This document shows positions 17,542 to 25,251 of a stretch of DNA of 28,610 bases, one piece after another. The notes beneath the pieces are model-generated. The model was not told where the DNA came from and did not search any database. It saw only the letters and a program-made list of their open reading frames with translations. The position numbers and the translations under genes were made by a program. The stretch is from positions 1-28,610 of IMG/VR virus record IMGVR_UViG_3300037780_000197; one strand, written 5' to 3'. This DNA comes from a virus. Its lineage: Duplodnaviria > Caudoviricetes. Numbering within the stretch: the first letter of the stretch is position 1; the number at the start of each line of letters is the position of its first letter.

Positions 17542-17895
17542 TCACTCGAACAGCGAGAACTGGCGTTGCTGGTGTCCGCGCTTTTTGGCCTCGCGAAACA
17601 GGCGATAGACGCCGCTCTCGCTCATCGTCAAACGCCGCGCGATCTGCTTGAGTGTCATGCCGGCGCGGCGATAAAAATGCGCCCGGAACGCGCGGGAGAC
17701 GGGCACCTGCAGATAATCGCCGCCATACTCCTCCGACAGCGCTCGCGCATGGTCAAGGCCGATCTCATCGGCGAGCTTGGTCTGGTCGACGCGGTGCGGC
17801 ACATAGGTCAGGACGCCGCCATGCGCCTCGAGCAGCCGAATGTAACCCTCCTCGCCGAGCAGCGACAGCAGTTGCGCTTCCAGCCGGTCACTCAT
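17542..17895 (-). CDS. Mor/C-family transcription activator
   Basis: L....GG...YVP and YGG..L.VP repeats, C-terminal HTH (MTLKQIARRLTMSESGVYRLF); directly upstream of the lysis genes. Confidence 0.82.
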   Translation of the reverse strand: MSDRLEAQLLSLLGEEGYIRLLEAHGGVLTYVPHRVDQTKLADEIGLDHARALSEEYGGDYLQVPVSRAFRAHFYRRAGMTLKQIARRLTMSESGVYRLFREAKKRGHQQRQFSLFE

Positions 17896-18193
17896 CGCCA
17901 CACGCCCCGCGGCGCCTCTCGCGCGCGTTGGCTTCGGCGATCGCACCGAGCATGTTGCGCTCGAGCACGGTCGGAATGTGAACATGCCGCGTTCCTGTTG
18001 CATCGGTGTGATCGGGCGAGATCACCAGCTTGATCCGATCGAGCTTCAGACCAACCGCTCCCCTCTCGGCGGCATCCTGTGCCATAGACGCGATGTGCCG
18101 TTTTAATGCGGCCACATCGACGCCAAGTCCGCGCTCGAGATAGCGGATGACGGCGTGGTCGGTGACGCGAATGATGGCGGCACGGCGTTTCAT
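17888..18193 (-). CDS. Hypothetical phage protein (VTDHAVIRYLER motif)
   Basis: ATGA overlap with the gemA stop and overlap with the Mor-like start. Confidence 0.8.
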   Translation of the reverse strand: MKRRAAIIRVTDHAVIRYLERGLGVDVAALKRHIASMAQDAAERGAVGLKLDRIKLVISPDHTDATGTRHVHIPTVLERNMLGAIAEANARERRRGACGDE

Positions 18194-18825
18194 CGATCCG
18201 CCCCTGCGCTCTGCAATCGGATGCGGTCACCCAGCGTGTTCATCACTGCATGCCAATCGCGCTCGGTCCTGAATTGGTTGGGCGCCGCAATGCCGCCCGC
18301 CTCGCAGACGGTCGGCCAGAAGTCGCGCGCGCCAGTGTCTGCATCAAGGATCAGACACTGGGCCATGGCGATCCGGCAGCCGTTATGCGGTTGCCAGTCC
18401 TTCCACTTGCCCCAATCGACGCCGCCGTCGCGTGCAAGCCAGCCCTTTAGTGCCACGATCGCCTTGGTCGCATCGTCGTGATGATGCAGGAAGCGCGTAT
18501 GGTCGAGGCCGGTCTGGCGTTTGACAAAGGCGAGCAGCGCCTGGTCGTCCCGGTTGCGGACCAGGCCGAGGTTCCAGCCGGCGATCCAGAGTGCCTGCAG
18601 TTTCTTGGCATAGGGTCCGGCAAGCGCCTCGCGGCCCTTTCGAGAACCGTTTGAAACCCCTTTGAAGCCGAGCCGGCGTAGCTCCGCGACCACGGCTTCC
18701 CGCTGACCCTCGTCCATGTCGGCCGCCGAGCGATGTCCGGTCACCCGCTGGTAGAGCGCCCGCTTGGCTTCGTTGTCGAGCCCGAGTTGCCGCATTCCGG
18801 CATGGATGGCGCGCAGGGCGGTCAT
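18190..18825 (-). CDS. gemA: Regulatory protein GemA (Mu gp16/DUF1018-like)
   Basis: IH....QLGLD....RA....VTG..S...M, L.RLGF, KLQALW, AL.AFVKRQTG and I.ALK.W motifs; ATG 18825. Confidence 0.9.
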   Translation of the reverse strand: MTALRAIHAGMRQLGLDNEAKRALYQRVTGHRSAADMDEGQREAVVAELRRLGFKGVSNGSRKGREALAGPYAKKLQALWIAGWNLGLVRNRDDQALLAFVKRQTGLDHTRFLHHHDDATKAIVALKGWLARDGGVDWGKWKDWQPHNGCRIAMAQCLILDADTGARDFWPTVCEAGGIAAPNQFRTERDWHAVMNTLGDRIRLQSAGADR

Positions 18826-19358
18826 GACGCGGCGCCTGCGGACGAAAACGCTTTGTGCCTCGCGCCCGTCACGCAATAGTCTTCCGTAAGCCTACGACAC
18901 TGCGGCGATGGGCGCGCGAGAGGATTGTGATGAGACGGCGTGCTTTGACAGCGTTGGCGCTGATGAATTCGTTGGCGGCGCCGGCGAATGCCAGCCAGAT
19001 GGTGCAGATCGTCCAAACGATACCCGACAGGGGTCAGCAGTTCGCCATCAGGGCTTCCCTGATTGCGATGATGAGCGAACAGTCTTGCGAGCAGGCGGTC
19101 ACAGACGTCTTCGCTGTCTGGCAGCTCAACGGCATGCATGACGTCCGCTTCGAACAGTGGGACGAGGGTGGTGAGTTCTTCGATTGGGCCTATGAGGTGG
19201 GCACGACAATTCACCGGACGTGGGAGGCAGACCCTGCCGGCACATGCCAGCAATGGATCGCCGAGTACGGCCCCAACGGAAGCGTGCGCGCGGGTTTGAT
19301 TGATCTCTTGCCGACTGAGTGACTTAGGTTCGACACTTTTGGGACCGAGCGCGCTCAT
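18822..19358 (-). CDS. Antisense bridging ORF B (178 codons), coding status uncertain
   Basis: ATG 19358 overlaps the stop of ORF A and its TGA overlaps the gemA ATG; lies entirely opposite the + strand gene 18930-19322. Confidence 0.35.
   Translation of the reverse strand: MSALGPKSVEPKSLSRQEINQTRAHASVGAVLGDPLLACAGRVCLPRPVNCRAHLIGPIEELTTLVPLFEADVMHAVELPDSEDVCDRLLARLFAHHRNQGSPDGELLTPVGYRLDDLHHLAGIRRRRQRIHQRQRCQSTPSHHNPLARPSPQCRRLTEDYCVTGARHKAFSSAGAAS
18930..19322 (+). CDS. Accessory (moron) secreted/periplasmic protein
   Basis: GAGAGGA SD, ATG 18930; MRRRALTALALMNSLAAPANA signal-peptide-like N-terminus; two Cys; opposite strand to the phage operon. Confidence 0.8.
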   Translation: MRRRALTALALMNSLAAPANASQMVQIVQTIPDRGQQFAIRASLIAMMSEQSCEQAVTDVFAVWQLNGMHDVRFEQWDEGGEFFDWAYEVGTTIHRTWEADPAGTCQQWIAEYGPNGSVRAGLIDLLPTE

Positions 19359-20122
19359 GCTTGCAGGTCCGCCGCATGATTGATTAGCCTGTGGTTCCAC
19401 CGGGCGAGGCCACAATGAAACCGACATACAACTTCTTGGAGCTGGCGATGGCCGGCGCGGTCATGACTGCGTTGGGGTTTTTCTTGTCTGCATCGCTTCA
19501 CCAAGACGGAACGCAGCGCTCGTGGTTCTACGACTATCAGGCCTTTGTCGCCGGTCTTCTGGCGATCGTCGCGGCGCTCCTCACTGTTCGACAGATGCGG
19601 CGAACGGATCGCCGAACGGACTTGCGGCACAGAGAGCAGCTCGTTGTTTCCACTCTGCCAGACCGCCTGGCGATAATTAGGATGCGGGAGTTGCTGTTGC
19701 CGCGGCTGCACGGCTCGGTCGAGCTCATACGCAACTACATCTCGGGTCTGCCCAGCCAATCCCCCGACGACCTTACGCACGGCCACATGGCAAATGGTGC
19801 GCGTGTCCTGCATTATGTTTTGGGCTCTACGGCGGAGCTGCTTGCGTATGCGGGTAAATCCCCGGGAGCGCGGTTCTTCGGTCCAATTCAAGAGCGTTTG
19901 CTGGACGAGTGTATTGGTTGGATTGACGCCTGCCTTAGTGCACACCGGCAAGACGGTTGGTCGGGTGGAGAAACGTTCGAACCAGTTGCGGTCGTGCTTC
20001 TGCTCGATGCAGCAACCGGGCTTGAGGATTTGGCCCAAAGCATCGACTATTGGTCTGCGGACGTTGCGGTTTAGGAGCCATCGCGCTCGCCGCGTCGTCG
20101 GGTTTTTCCTCATCTCGATCAC
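19355..20122 (-). CDS. Antisense bridging ORF A (255 codons), coding status uncertain
   Basis: GTG 20122 overlaps the DUF3164 stop (GTGA) with GAGG upstream; its TGA overlaps the ATG of ORF B; lies entirely opposite the + strand gene 19415-20074. Confidence 0.35.
   Translation of the reverse strand: MIEMRKNPTTRRARWLLNRNVRRPIVDALGQILKPGCCIEQKHDRNWFERFSTRPTVLPVCTKAGVNPTNTLVQQTLLNWTEEPRSRGFTRIRKQLRRRAQNIMQDTRTICHVAVRKVVGGLAGQTRDVVAYELDRAVQPRQQQLPHPNYRQAVWQSGNNELLSVPQVRSAIRSPHLSNSEERRDDRQKTGDKGLIVVEPRALRSVLVKRCRQEKPQRSHDRAGHRQLQEVVCRFHCGLARWNHRLINHAADLQA
19415..20074 (+). CDS. Accessory (moron) membrane protein with two N-terminal TM segments
   Basis: GAGG SD, ATG 19415; hydrophobic LAMAGAVMTALGFFLSA and AFVAGLLAIVAALLTV followed by a helical soluble domain; visibly more A/T-ending codons than neighbours. 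Confidence 0.82.
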   Translation: MKPTYNFLELAMAGAVMTALGFFLSASLHQDGTQRSWFYDYQAFVAGLLAIVAALLTVRQMRRTDRRTDLRHREQLVVSTLPDRLAIIRMRELLLPRLHGSVELIRNYISGLPSQSPDDLTHGHMANGARVLHYVLGSTAELLAYAGKSPGARFFGPIQERLLDECIGWIDACLSAHRQDGWSGGETFEPVAVVLLLDAATGLEDLAQSIDYWSADVAV

Positions 20123-20778
20123 TTTGGAACCCTCGCCAGGTCGATCGTGACCGCGCGCCAGGGATCGGTCACCCGCGCACGACGATAGAAGCGGATGTAC
20201 TCCTTGGACCCGGTGACGCGCATGGCGTCGCGGATCGCCTCCATCGCCTTGACCCACCGTTCGTCGGTGATGTCGAGCCGCAGCAGCATGAAGATGTCCG
20301 ACCGGTTGATCTGGCCCTGTTTCTCGGTCTGGAAGGCCCGCGTGACGAGCGCGCGGATCTCCGGCCGGCTGTCGGCCGCCCATTCGTTCAGGCATTCGTC
20401 GATCAGCGTCTTGGCCACCTGAAGCTGCGGCCCGAAATCGACGAAGTCGGCAACCTGCACCTGCACCTTCATCAGTCCGCCGAAGTCCTGATAGGTCCGG
20501 TTGCCCTTCTTTCCGCCCTTCTTGGCGCCATAGTCCTGTTCGAGCAGTGCGTCGAACTCGCCGAGATCGGCCATTGTGTGGCCCCGGAAACGGGCGATCT
20601 GGGCGGATAGATCAAGCGCATATCCCATGATCTTGCGCACGATCTCGTCTTCCAGCTTGTCCTGCGGCTTGATGTTCTCGACCGGCACAAGCTGGCCCTT
20701 GGCGTCGGCCATGTAATCGCGCCCGTTCACGCGCACGATGCCATTCTGGTCTTCGTCTTCGAGGATCACAGCTTCCAT
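20119..20778 (-). CDS. DUF3164 family protein of Mu-like phages
   Basis: YM.DAKG.LVP...IKP.D.L, GGKKGN, FGP.LQ.AK.LIDECL and W..AM.AI.D......SK.Y.RFY motifs; AAGGAG SD. Confidence 0.92.
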   Translation of the reverse strand: MEAVILEDEDQNGIVRVNGRDYMADAKGQLVPVENIKPQDKLEDEIVRKIMGYALDLSAQIARFRGHTMADLGEFDALLEQDYGAKKGGKKGNRTYQDFGGLMKVQVQVADFVDFGPQLQVAKTLIDECLNEWAADSRPEIRALVTRAFQTEKQGQINRSDIFMLLRLDITDERWVKAMEAIRDAMRVTGSKEYIRFYRRARVTDPWRAVTIDLARVPK

Positions 20779-20780
20779 GA

Positions 20781-21086
20781 TCAGCTCCTTTCGGTTGCGG
20801 GGTTGGGTGCGCGCAGTGCGCCCATCAGATCGCGAACGCGCTGTGCCTGGGTTTCGATGGCATGGGTTTTCAGATCGTCGTCGGGCAGCTGCGACACGGC
20901 GCGGGCGAGCACCTCGCCTTCAAGGGCGATCTCCCAGAAGCGCTCGGTCGCGTGGGCGAGGGCCAGAACGCCTGCCGCGCTGGTCGCCATGGCCCGACGA
21001 TCGGGGTTGGCGATGATCATGCCGGCAAGCTCGATCACATCGATCCGGGCAGCGGCATCCAGCAGAGTTTTGCGGGGATCAGCCAT
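20781..21086 (-). CDS. Hypothetical phage protein
   Basis: GGAG SD; overlaps the upstream stop; ends 2 nt before the DUF3164 ATG. Confidence 0.8.
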   Translation of the reverse strand: MADPRKTLLDAAARIDVIELAGMIIANPDRRAMATSAAGVLALAHATERFWEIALEGEVLARAVSQLPDDDLKTHAIETQAQRVRDLMGALRAPNPATERS

Positions 21087-21534
21087 CGGCGTCTCCCGTC
21101 AACTCGCGGGCTTCGAACTCTTCCCAATTTTGCGGATCGGCGCAGGACCGGGGCGGACCGTCATCAAGCACCGCATCGACCATGCGTTCGCGAGCAATGG
21201 TCAGCAGAAGCCGGCGCTTGAGGGCGCCAACCGACAAGCCGCGCTTCTCGGCCGGCCCGCGCAAGGCGGCATTGATAATGGCGGTTTGGGCCGTCGATTT
21301 GGTGCGCTGTTTGGCCAGCGCGACAAAACCGGAAATCGCACCGAGACTGACCTCAAGTTCGCGGGCGATTTGGCGACGTGTTGCCCCCTCGAGCAGCCGC
21401 CGCGCCACATAGTCGGTCCGCGTCGGCGCGCCGCCGAACGGGCTGCCGGGACGGCCGACATCGGGAGCGCAGACATCGGTCTGCCTGTCCGTTGCCGTCC
21501 GTCCGGCTTCATTTGGTTGACGTTGCCCGGCCAT
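21079..21534 (-). CDS. HTH DNA-binding protein
   Basis: GATRRQIARELEVSLGAISGFV HTH; C-terminal LLLTIARERMVDAVLDDG; ATG 21534 after AAGGAG. Confidence 0.75.
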   Translation of the reverse strand: MAGQRQPNEAGRTATDRQTDVCAPDVGRPGSPFGGAPTRTDYVARRLLEGATRRQIARELEVSLGAISGFVALAKQRTKSTAQTAIINAALRGPAEKRGLSVGALKRRLLLTIARERMVDAVLDDGPPRSCADPQNWEEFEARELTGDADG

Positions 21535-21599
21535 CACACCCGCTCCTTGGTGTCGACGACACGGCGCTGCCGGATGACGTCGCTGATCTGGATAATCAT
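21534..21599 (-). CDS. 21-aa mini-ORF (MIIQISDVIRQRRVVDTKERV)
   Basis: ATGA overlap upstream, TGATG overlap downstream, GGGGGA SD-like; exactly fills the gap. Confidence 0.55.
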   Translation of the reverse strand: MIIQISDVIRQRRVVDTKERV

Positions 21600-21928
21600 C
21601 GGCGTCCCCCTTCACCGAACGGCCGGGGCACGACCGGCAGCAGAGCGACATTGGAGTTGTCTCGCCGCACCGCTGCCAAGACCGTTTCGGTGTCGAGAGC
21701 GTCACGATCGGCACGGGCCTTTTCGTTCCAGCGTCGCGCCGAGATTTCGTTCTCCAGACGCTTGGCCAGACCAGCGAGGTCCGCCAGCTCTTGCATCAGC
21801 GCAACGACATCGCAGGACTGCAGATGGCATCCACCGTGCGCCAGCGGCCCGAGCCGATCGCGAAGGTTGGCGATGCGCGTTGACACCACCCGCAGCTGAT
21901 CTGCCGGAAGGGGCTCGGAGCCGATCAT
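21596..21928 (-). CDS. Hypothetical helical phage protein
   Basis: ATG 21928 in an ATGA overlap with GGAG SD; 110 aa. Confidence 0.72.
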   Translation of the reverse strand: MIGSEPLPADQLRVVSTRIANLRDRLGPLAHGGCHLQSCDVVALMQELADLAGLAKRLENEISARRWNEKARADRDALDTETVLAAVRRDNSNVALLPVVPRPFGEGGRR

Positions 21929-22188
21929 TGCATCGTCTCCGGGCCGCTGGGATTGCCCAGGCGAAGAGCAAGGCGCCGGGCATGGGCTCCATCCATGATC
22001 TGACGGTGGATGGCCACTTCCTTGTCGATGGCGGACGCGAGCGTTGTCAGAAGGTCGATCTGGCGCAGCGCGCCGCTCACGGCCTCGGCTTCGGCTGGCT
22101 GATCCGGACGGAAACGTGCTTCGAACCATTTGCGGAAGTCGGCCAGCTCGGTGGTGACGAGTGGCGGATGTTCGGAGGCTGCGCTCAT
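21925..22188 (-). CDS. Hypothetical helical phage protein
   Basis: ATG 22188 overlaps the MuB stop; GGAGGGG SD; 87 aa. Confidence 0.72.
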   Translation of the reverse strand: MSAASEHPPLVTTELADFRKWFEARFRPDQPAEAEAVSGALRQIDLLTTLASAIDKEVAIHRQIMDGAHARRLALRLGNPSGPETMQ

Positions 22189-23216
22189 CCCAGCCCCTCC
22201 ACGTCCCGGTTCTCCCAGGCCCACTTCAGATGGTCGAGGGTCAGCGCCTTGCGGTCTCCAGCGGCATTGATCATCGCAACCTTGATGGTCATGTCGATCT
22301 GGCCCAGTGCTCCGGGCTTCATGCCAACGCCGGTCAGAAAGGTGATCTGCTCTGTGTCGCTGATGCCCCACGCCTTGATGAAGGCGAGAAGATCGTCCTT
22401 GCGGGGGCGGTCGATCTTGACACGCTTGAAGATGCGTCGGCGCAACTGGCCATACTTCGAACCGTCCATGACGCTGGCCGAAAAGCGGCTATACGTCTCG
22501 GTGTTTCCGAGAATGGCCACGCCACACCTGTATTGATCGACGAAATGGCGCAGCTGGTTGATGGCTTCATCGACGAGGTTCTGTGCCTCATCGACAATCA
22601 GCAGCGTGCCCGCGCCCTTTCGCTCGAGCCGTTCACCGATGGAGCGGACGAGCCGGGTCGGATTGTGAGATCGCACACCGACGGCAAAGGCGATCTCGGT
22701 CAGCATCGCATGGACAGTGCGCGTGTGCGGGCTGATCGTCGCCAAATGGGTGTGCGGCCTGCTTGCGGCGAAATGCTCGGCCGAGGCCGTTTTGCCGACC
22801 CCTGCCGCGCCGGTGACCATGACGAGTGCCGGCATGATCTGCGCGGCAAACAGCGTGTCGGTGATCACCCTGGCGGAGTGCGTCTGCAGAAAATCTGGTG
22901 ATTGGGGAACCGACGGGCCCTCGTCGATCCGGTCGTAGAGCGCAAGGTACTTCCCAACCGCCTCGTTGTGACGATCGAACCGCCCCTGATAGGTGCCTTG
23001 ATACCATCCCGAGAACGTACTTGTGGGCATGCCGATCTGCTCGGCCATCTTGGTCTTCGACCAGCCATTGAGGACCGCGATCTCATAGATCCGCGTGACA
23101 AGCTTGACCCAGTTCTCGAAGTCTTTTGCCGTGCGCCCCGGCCCGTCCTTGAAGGGCACCGAGGTCTCGGGCAATTGCCATTGATGGTCGTGGCTTGTGC
23201 CGTGATGGATGTTCAT
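22185..23216 (-). CDS. MuB-like AAA+ transposition ATPase with N-terminal HTH
   Basis: GAAGVGKT Walker A, LLIVDEAQNL Walker B, WSKTKMAEQIGMPTSTFSGW HTH; AAGGAG SD before ATG 23216. Confidence 0.95.
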   Translation of the reverse strand: MNIHHGTSHDHQWQLPETSVPFKDGPGRTAKDFENWVKLVTRIYEIAVLNGWSKTKMAEQIGMPTSTFSGWYQGTYQGRFDRHNEAVGKYLALYDRIDEGPSVPQSPDFLQTHSARVITDTLFAAQIMPALVMVTGAAGVGKTASAEHFAASRPHTHLATISPHTRTVHAMLTEIAFAVGVRSHNPTRLVRSIGERLERKGAGTLLIVDEAQNLVDEAINQLRHFVDQYRCGVAILGNTETYSRFSASVMDGSKYGQLRRRIFKRVKIDRPRKDDLLAFIKAWGISDTEQITFLTGVGMKPGALGQIDMTIKVAMINAAGDRKALTLDHLKWAWENRDVEGLG

Positions 23217-23262
23217 GCTATCTCCTTGGTGTGAAATGTCCGCTCGCAAGAGCGGCACTGGG

Positions 23263-23296
23263 AACCGGCGGAGGGCAATTCCGCCGGTTTTTCTTT
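23263..23296 (+). terminator. Intrinsic terminator-like hairpin between the transposase and MuB genes
   Basis: AACCGGCGGA-gggcaat-TCCGCCGGTT followed by TTTCTTT on the + strand. Confidence 0.6.
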
Positions 23297-23337
23297 GCGC
23301 GGGCGGGTCGACGAGCCGTCCTGCGCGTGGCGCGGGT

Positions 23338-25248
23338 TCACTCCCTGCCGCCGGCAATCAGCTTCAGTCCGGCCGAAAAACTCCTTTCCTGGTCGATGTC
23401 AGGGTCGGGTGAAGGCTCGATCGCCTTGGCGGAGGCGCCGGCGGCAAGACGTGTCACACTGGGCCGTTCGCGCGGGGGCGCCGATGCCGGTTCGGCGCCG
23501 TCGGCGTAAAGCCGGGCAAGTTCGGCCGCAGAGAGTTCGGTGTGCAGGCGTGCTTGGGCATTGACAGCCTTGATGTAGGCGCTGCGTTTGGCCGCGTGAT
23601 CGCGCGCGGCGTCAGTGTCCGCAAAGCCGTGCGTTCCGACGCACTCGGCTTCGCAGATCAGCCGGTCGGCGCTGTCATAGACGCGAACGGGTTGGTGCAG
23701 CCGGTCTGGATCGAAGCGCACCGTCAGGTGCTTGCCGGCATGGGCCGTCAGCGCCGGCGCCCAATACCGGTTATCGAACAGCCGGACCTCACCGTTGCCC
23801 TTCGAAGCCCGGATGCGTTCGGCCGCGAGCAGCCAGAGCGCCTTCTGTGCGCTCGCAGGCCAGCGCACGATGGTCGTCGGCTCGGCGAGACTGTCGGCGA
23901 ACGCCTTGTCGAAACTGTCCCCGGCTGCGGCTTCGGTCCGCCGGCCAGAGCGTGCATTGTGCGCGGCGACCTGACGGTCGACATGCTCGCGCAGCACATC
24001 GATATTGATGGCGGAATTGCCGTAGTTTTCGGGCTTGGCATCCGGGCGATTGCCCGTGTAGGCGCCGGCGCAAAGCGGGTGCTTGGCGATGTCCTCGGCG
24101 AGATCGCGGAAGGCACGTTCGATCGGTTTGGACTGACCCGCATAGGGCGTCGTCCAGTGCACCTTTACGCCGAGCGCCGTCAACACACCCTGCGGTTCCT
24201 CGACGCGAACCTTGAACCGGTAGCGCGTCGCGGTGCCGCCTGTGATCCACTTGGATGCGAAGGCACGGCCATTGTCGAGATAGACATGATCGGGGATACC
24301 GTACCGATCGACCATGTCGCCGATCGCCAATCGGACGGCGTCCTTGTTTTCAGACAGCGACAGCCGCCATGCAAGGATCTTCCGAGAGTACAGATCCTGC
24401 AGCGCCATCATGTAGACGCGCACGGGTGTCGGCTGACCCGGTACCCGGACGAACAGATCGAGTTTGTGACCGTCCGCGTTGACGGCTTCCATCGCGTGCA
24501 AGGCGGCGATGCTGCGTTTCTGGGCCGGATAAAGCGCCTTGACGGCGTCACGGCCGTTGCGCGCGGCGACGCGCACCTCTTTGCCGACTTCAGCCTCCAA
24601 CCGCCGCCGCAACGACGCTTCCGTCGGCAGCGTCCAGCCCTTGTCGGCGGCCAGCGCCGCGACCCGACGATAGCAGGCCGAGAAAGCCGGAGCTTCCGGA
24701 CGAAGATAGTCCGATTTGAGGGCCGCCCACGCCTCCGGCGAACAGGAACTCCGCTTCGCCGTCGGCCGGTAATTCGGGGCAAGCCGCGCCAGCCAGTGCG
24801 CGCGTGGCCGACCAGCGACCCGTTCACGCCAGCGCAGCACGCTGGCCGGCGAGACGCCGCCAGCCTTTGCGGCCTTGGCGATCGCGGCCGTGAGGGTCAG
24901 GCCACCGGCGCAGTACTCGTCAACGGCATCGAGAACACGAAGCCGCGCGATCGCGCGCTTCTTGTGCCGATCCGGCAGCCGATCGAACGCGCACGCGGTG
25001 TCGACGCTGACACGCGCAGCTTCAGTTTCATTGTCCTGGACCGTGTTCAGTCTCGCCCGCACCGGCCCGGGCAGAAGATCGCGGTGATACTCCCATTGAC
25101 CGCCCCGGCCGGGCCGCTTGCGCGCCTTGCCTGGTTGGGTGCGCCAGCCTTCCTTCGCGACCTTCTTGTTGAGGCCGCGCACGGTGCCGGGCAGATCGCC
25201 GCCCGCAAAGGCCAAAATCTCGTCGACCGTGAAGAATGCCCGCGCCAT
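23338..25248 (-). CDS. MuA-like DDE transposase
   Basis: N-terminal Mu DNA-binding domain (LPGT.RGL......GW...GGQWEYH...LP), DYLRPE.P, NADGH (D), LDNGRAF (D), KPIERAF (E), and VRFDP..LH C-terminal domain. Confidence 0.97.
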   Translation of the reverse strand: MARAFFTVDEILAFAGGDLPGTVRGLNKKVAKEGWRTQPGKARKRPGRGGQWEYHRDLLPGPVRARLNTVQDNETEAARVSVDTACAFDRLPDRHKKRAIARLRVLDAVDEYCAGGLTLTAAIAKAAKAGGVSPASVLRWRERVAGRPRAHWLARLAPNYRPTAKRSSCSPEAWAALKSDYLRPEAPAFSACYRRVAALAADKGWTLPTEASLRRRLEAEVGKEVRVAARNGRDAVKALYPAQKRSIAALHAMEAVNADGHKLDLFVRVPGQPTPVRVYMMALQDLYSRKILAWRLSLSENKDAVRLAIGDMVDRYGIPDHVYLDNGRAFASKWITGGTATRYRFKVRVEEPQGVLTALGVKVHWTTPYAGQSKPIERAFRDLAEDIAKHPLCAGAYTGNRPDAKPENYGNSAINIDVLREHVDRQVAAHNARSGRRTEAAAGDSFDKAFADSLAEPTTIVRWPASAQKALWLLAAERIRASKGNGEVRLFDNRYWAPALTAHAGKHLTVRFDPDRLHQPVRVYDSADRLICEAECVGTHGFADTDAARDHAAKRSAYIKAVNAQARLHTELSAAELARLYADGAEPASAPPRERPSVTRLAAGASAKAIEPSPDPDIDQERSFSAGLKLIAGGRE

Positions 25249-25251
25249 CGG

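Noticed and set aside
22510-22525. AGAATGGC-cac-GCCAC resembling the late-promoter dyad
   Set aside because: 3-nt instead of 4-nt spacer, one mismatch, and located inside MuB coding sequence; probably chance.
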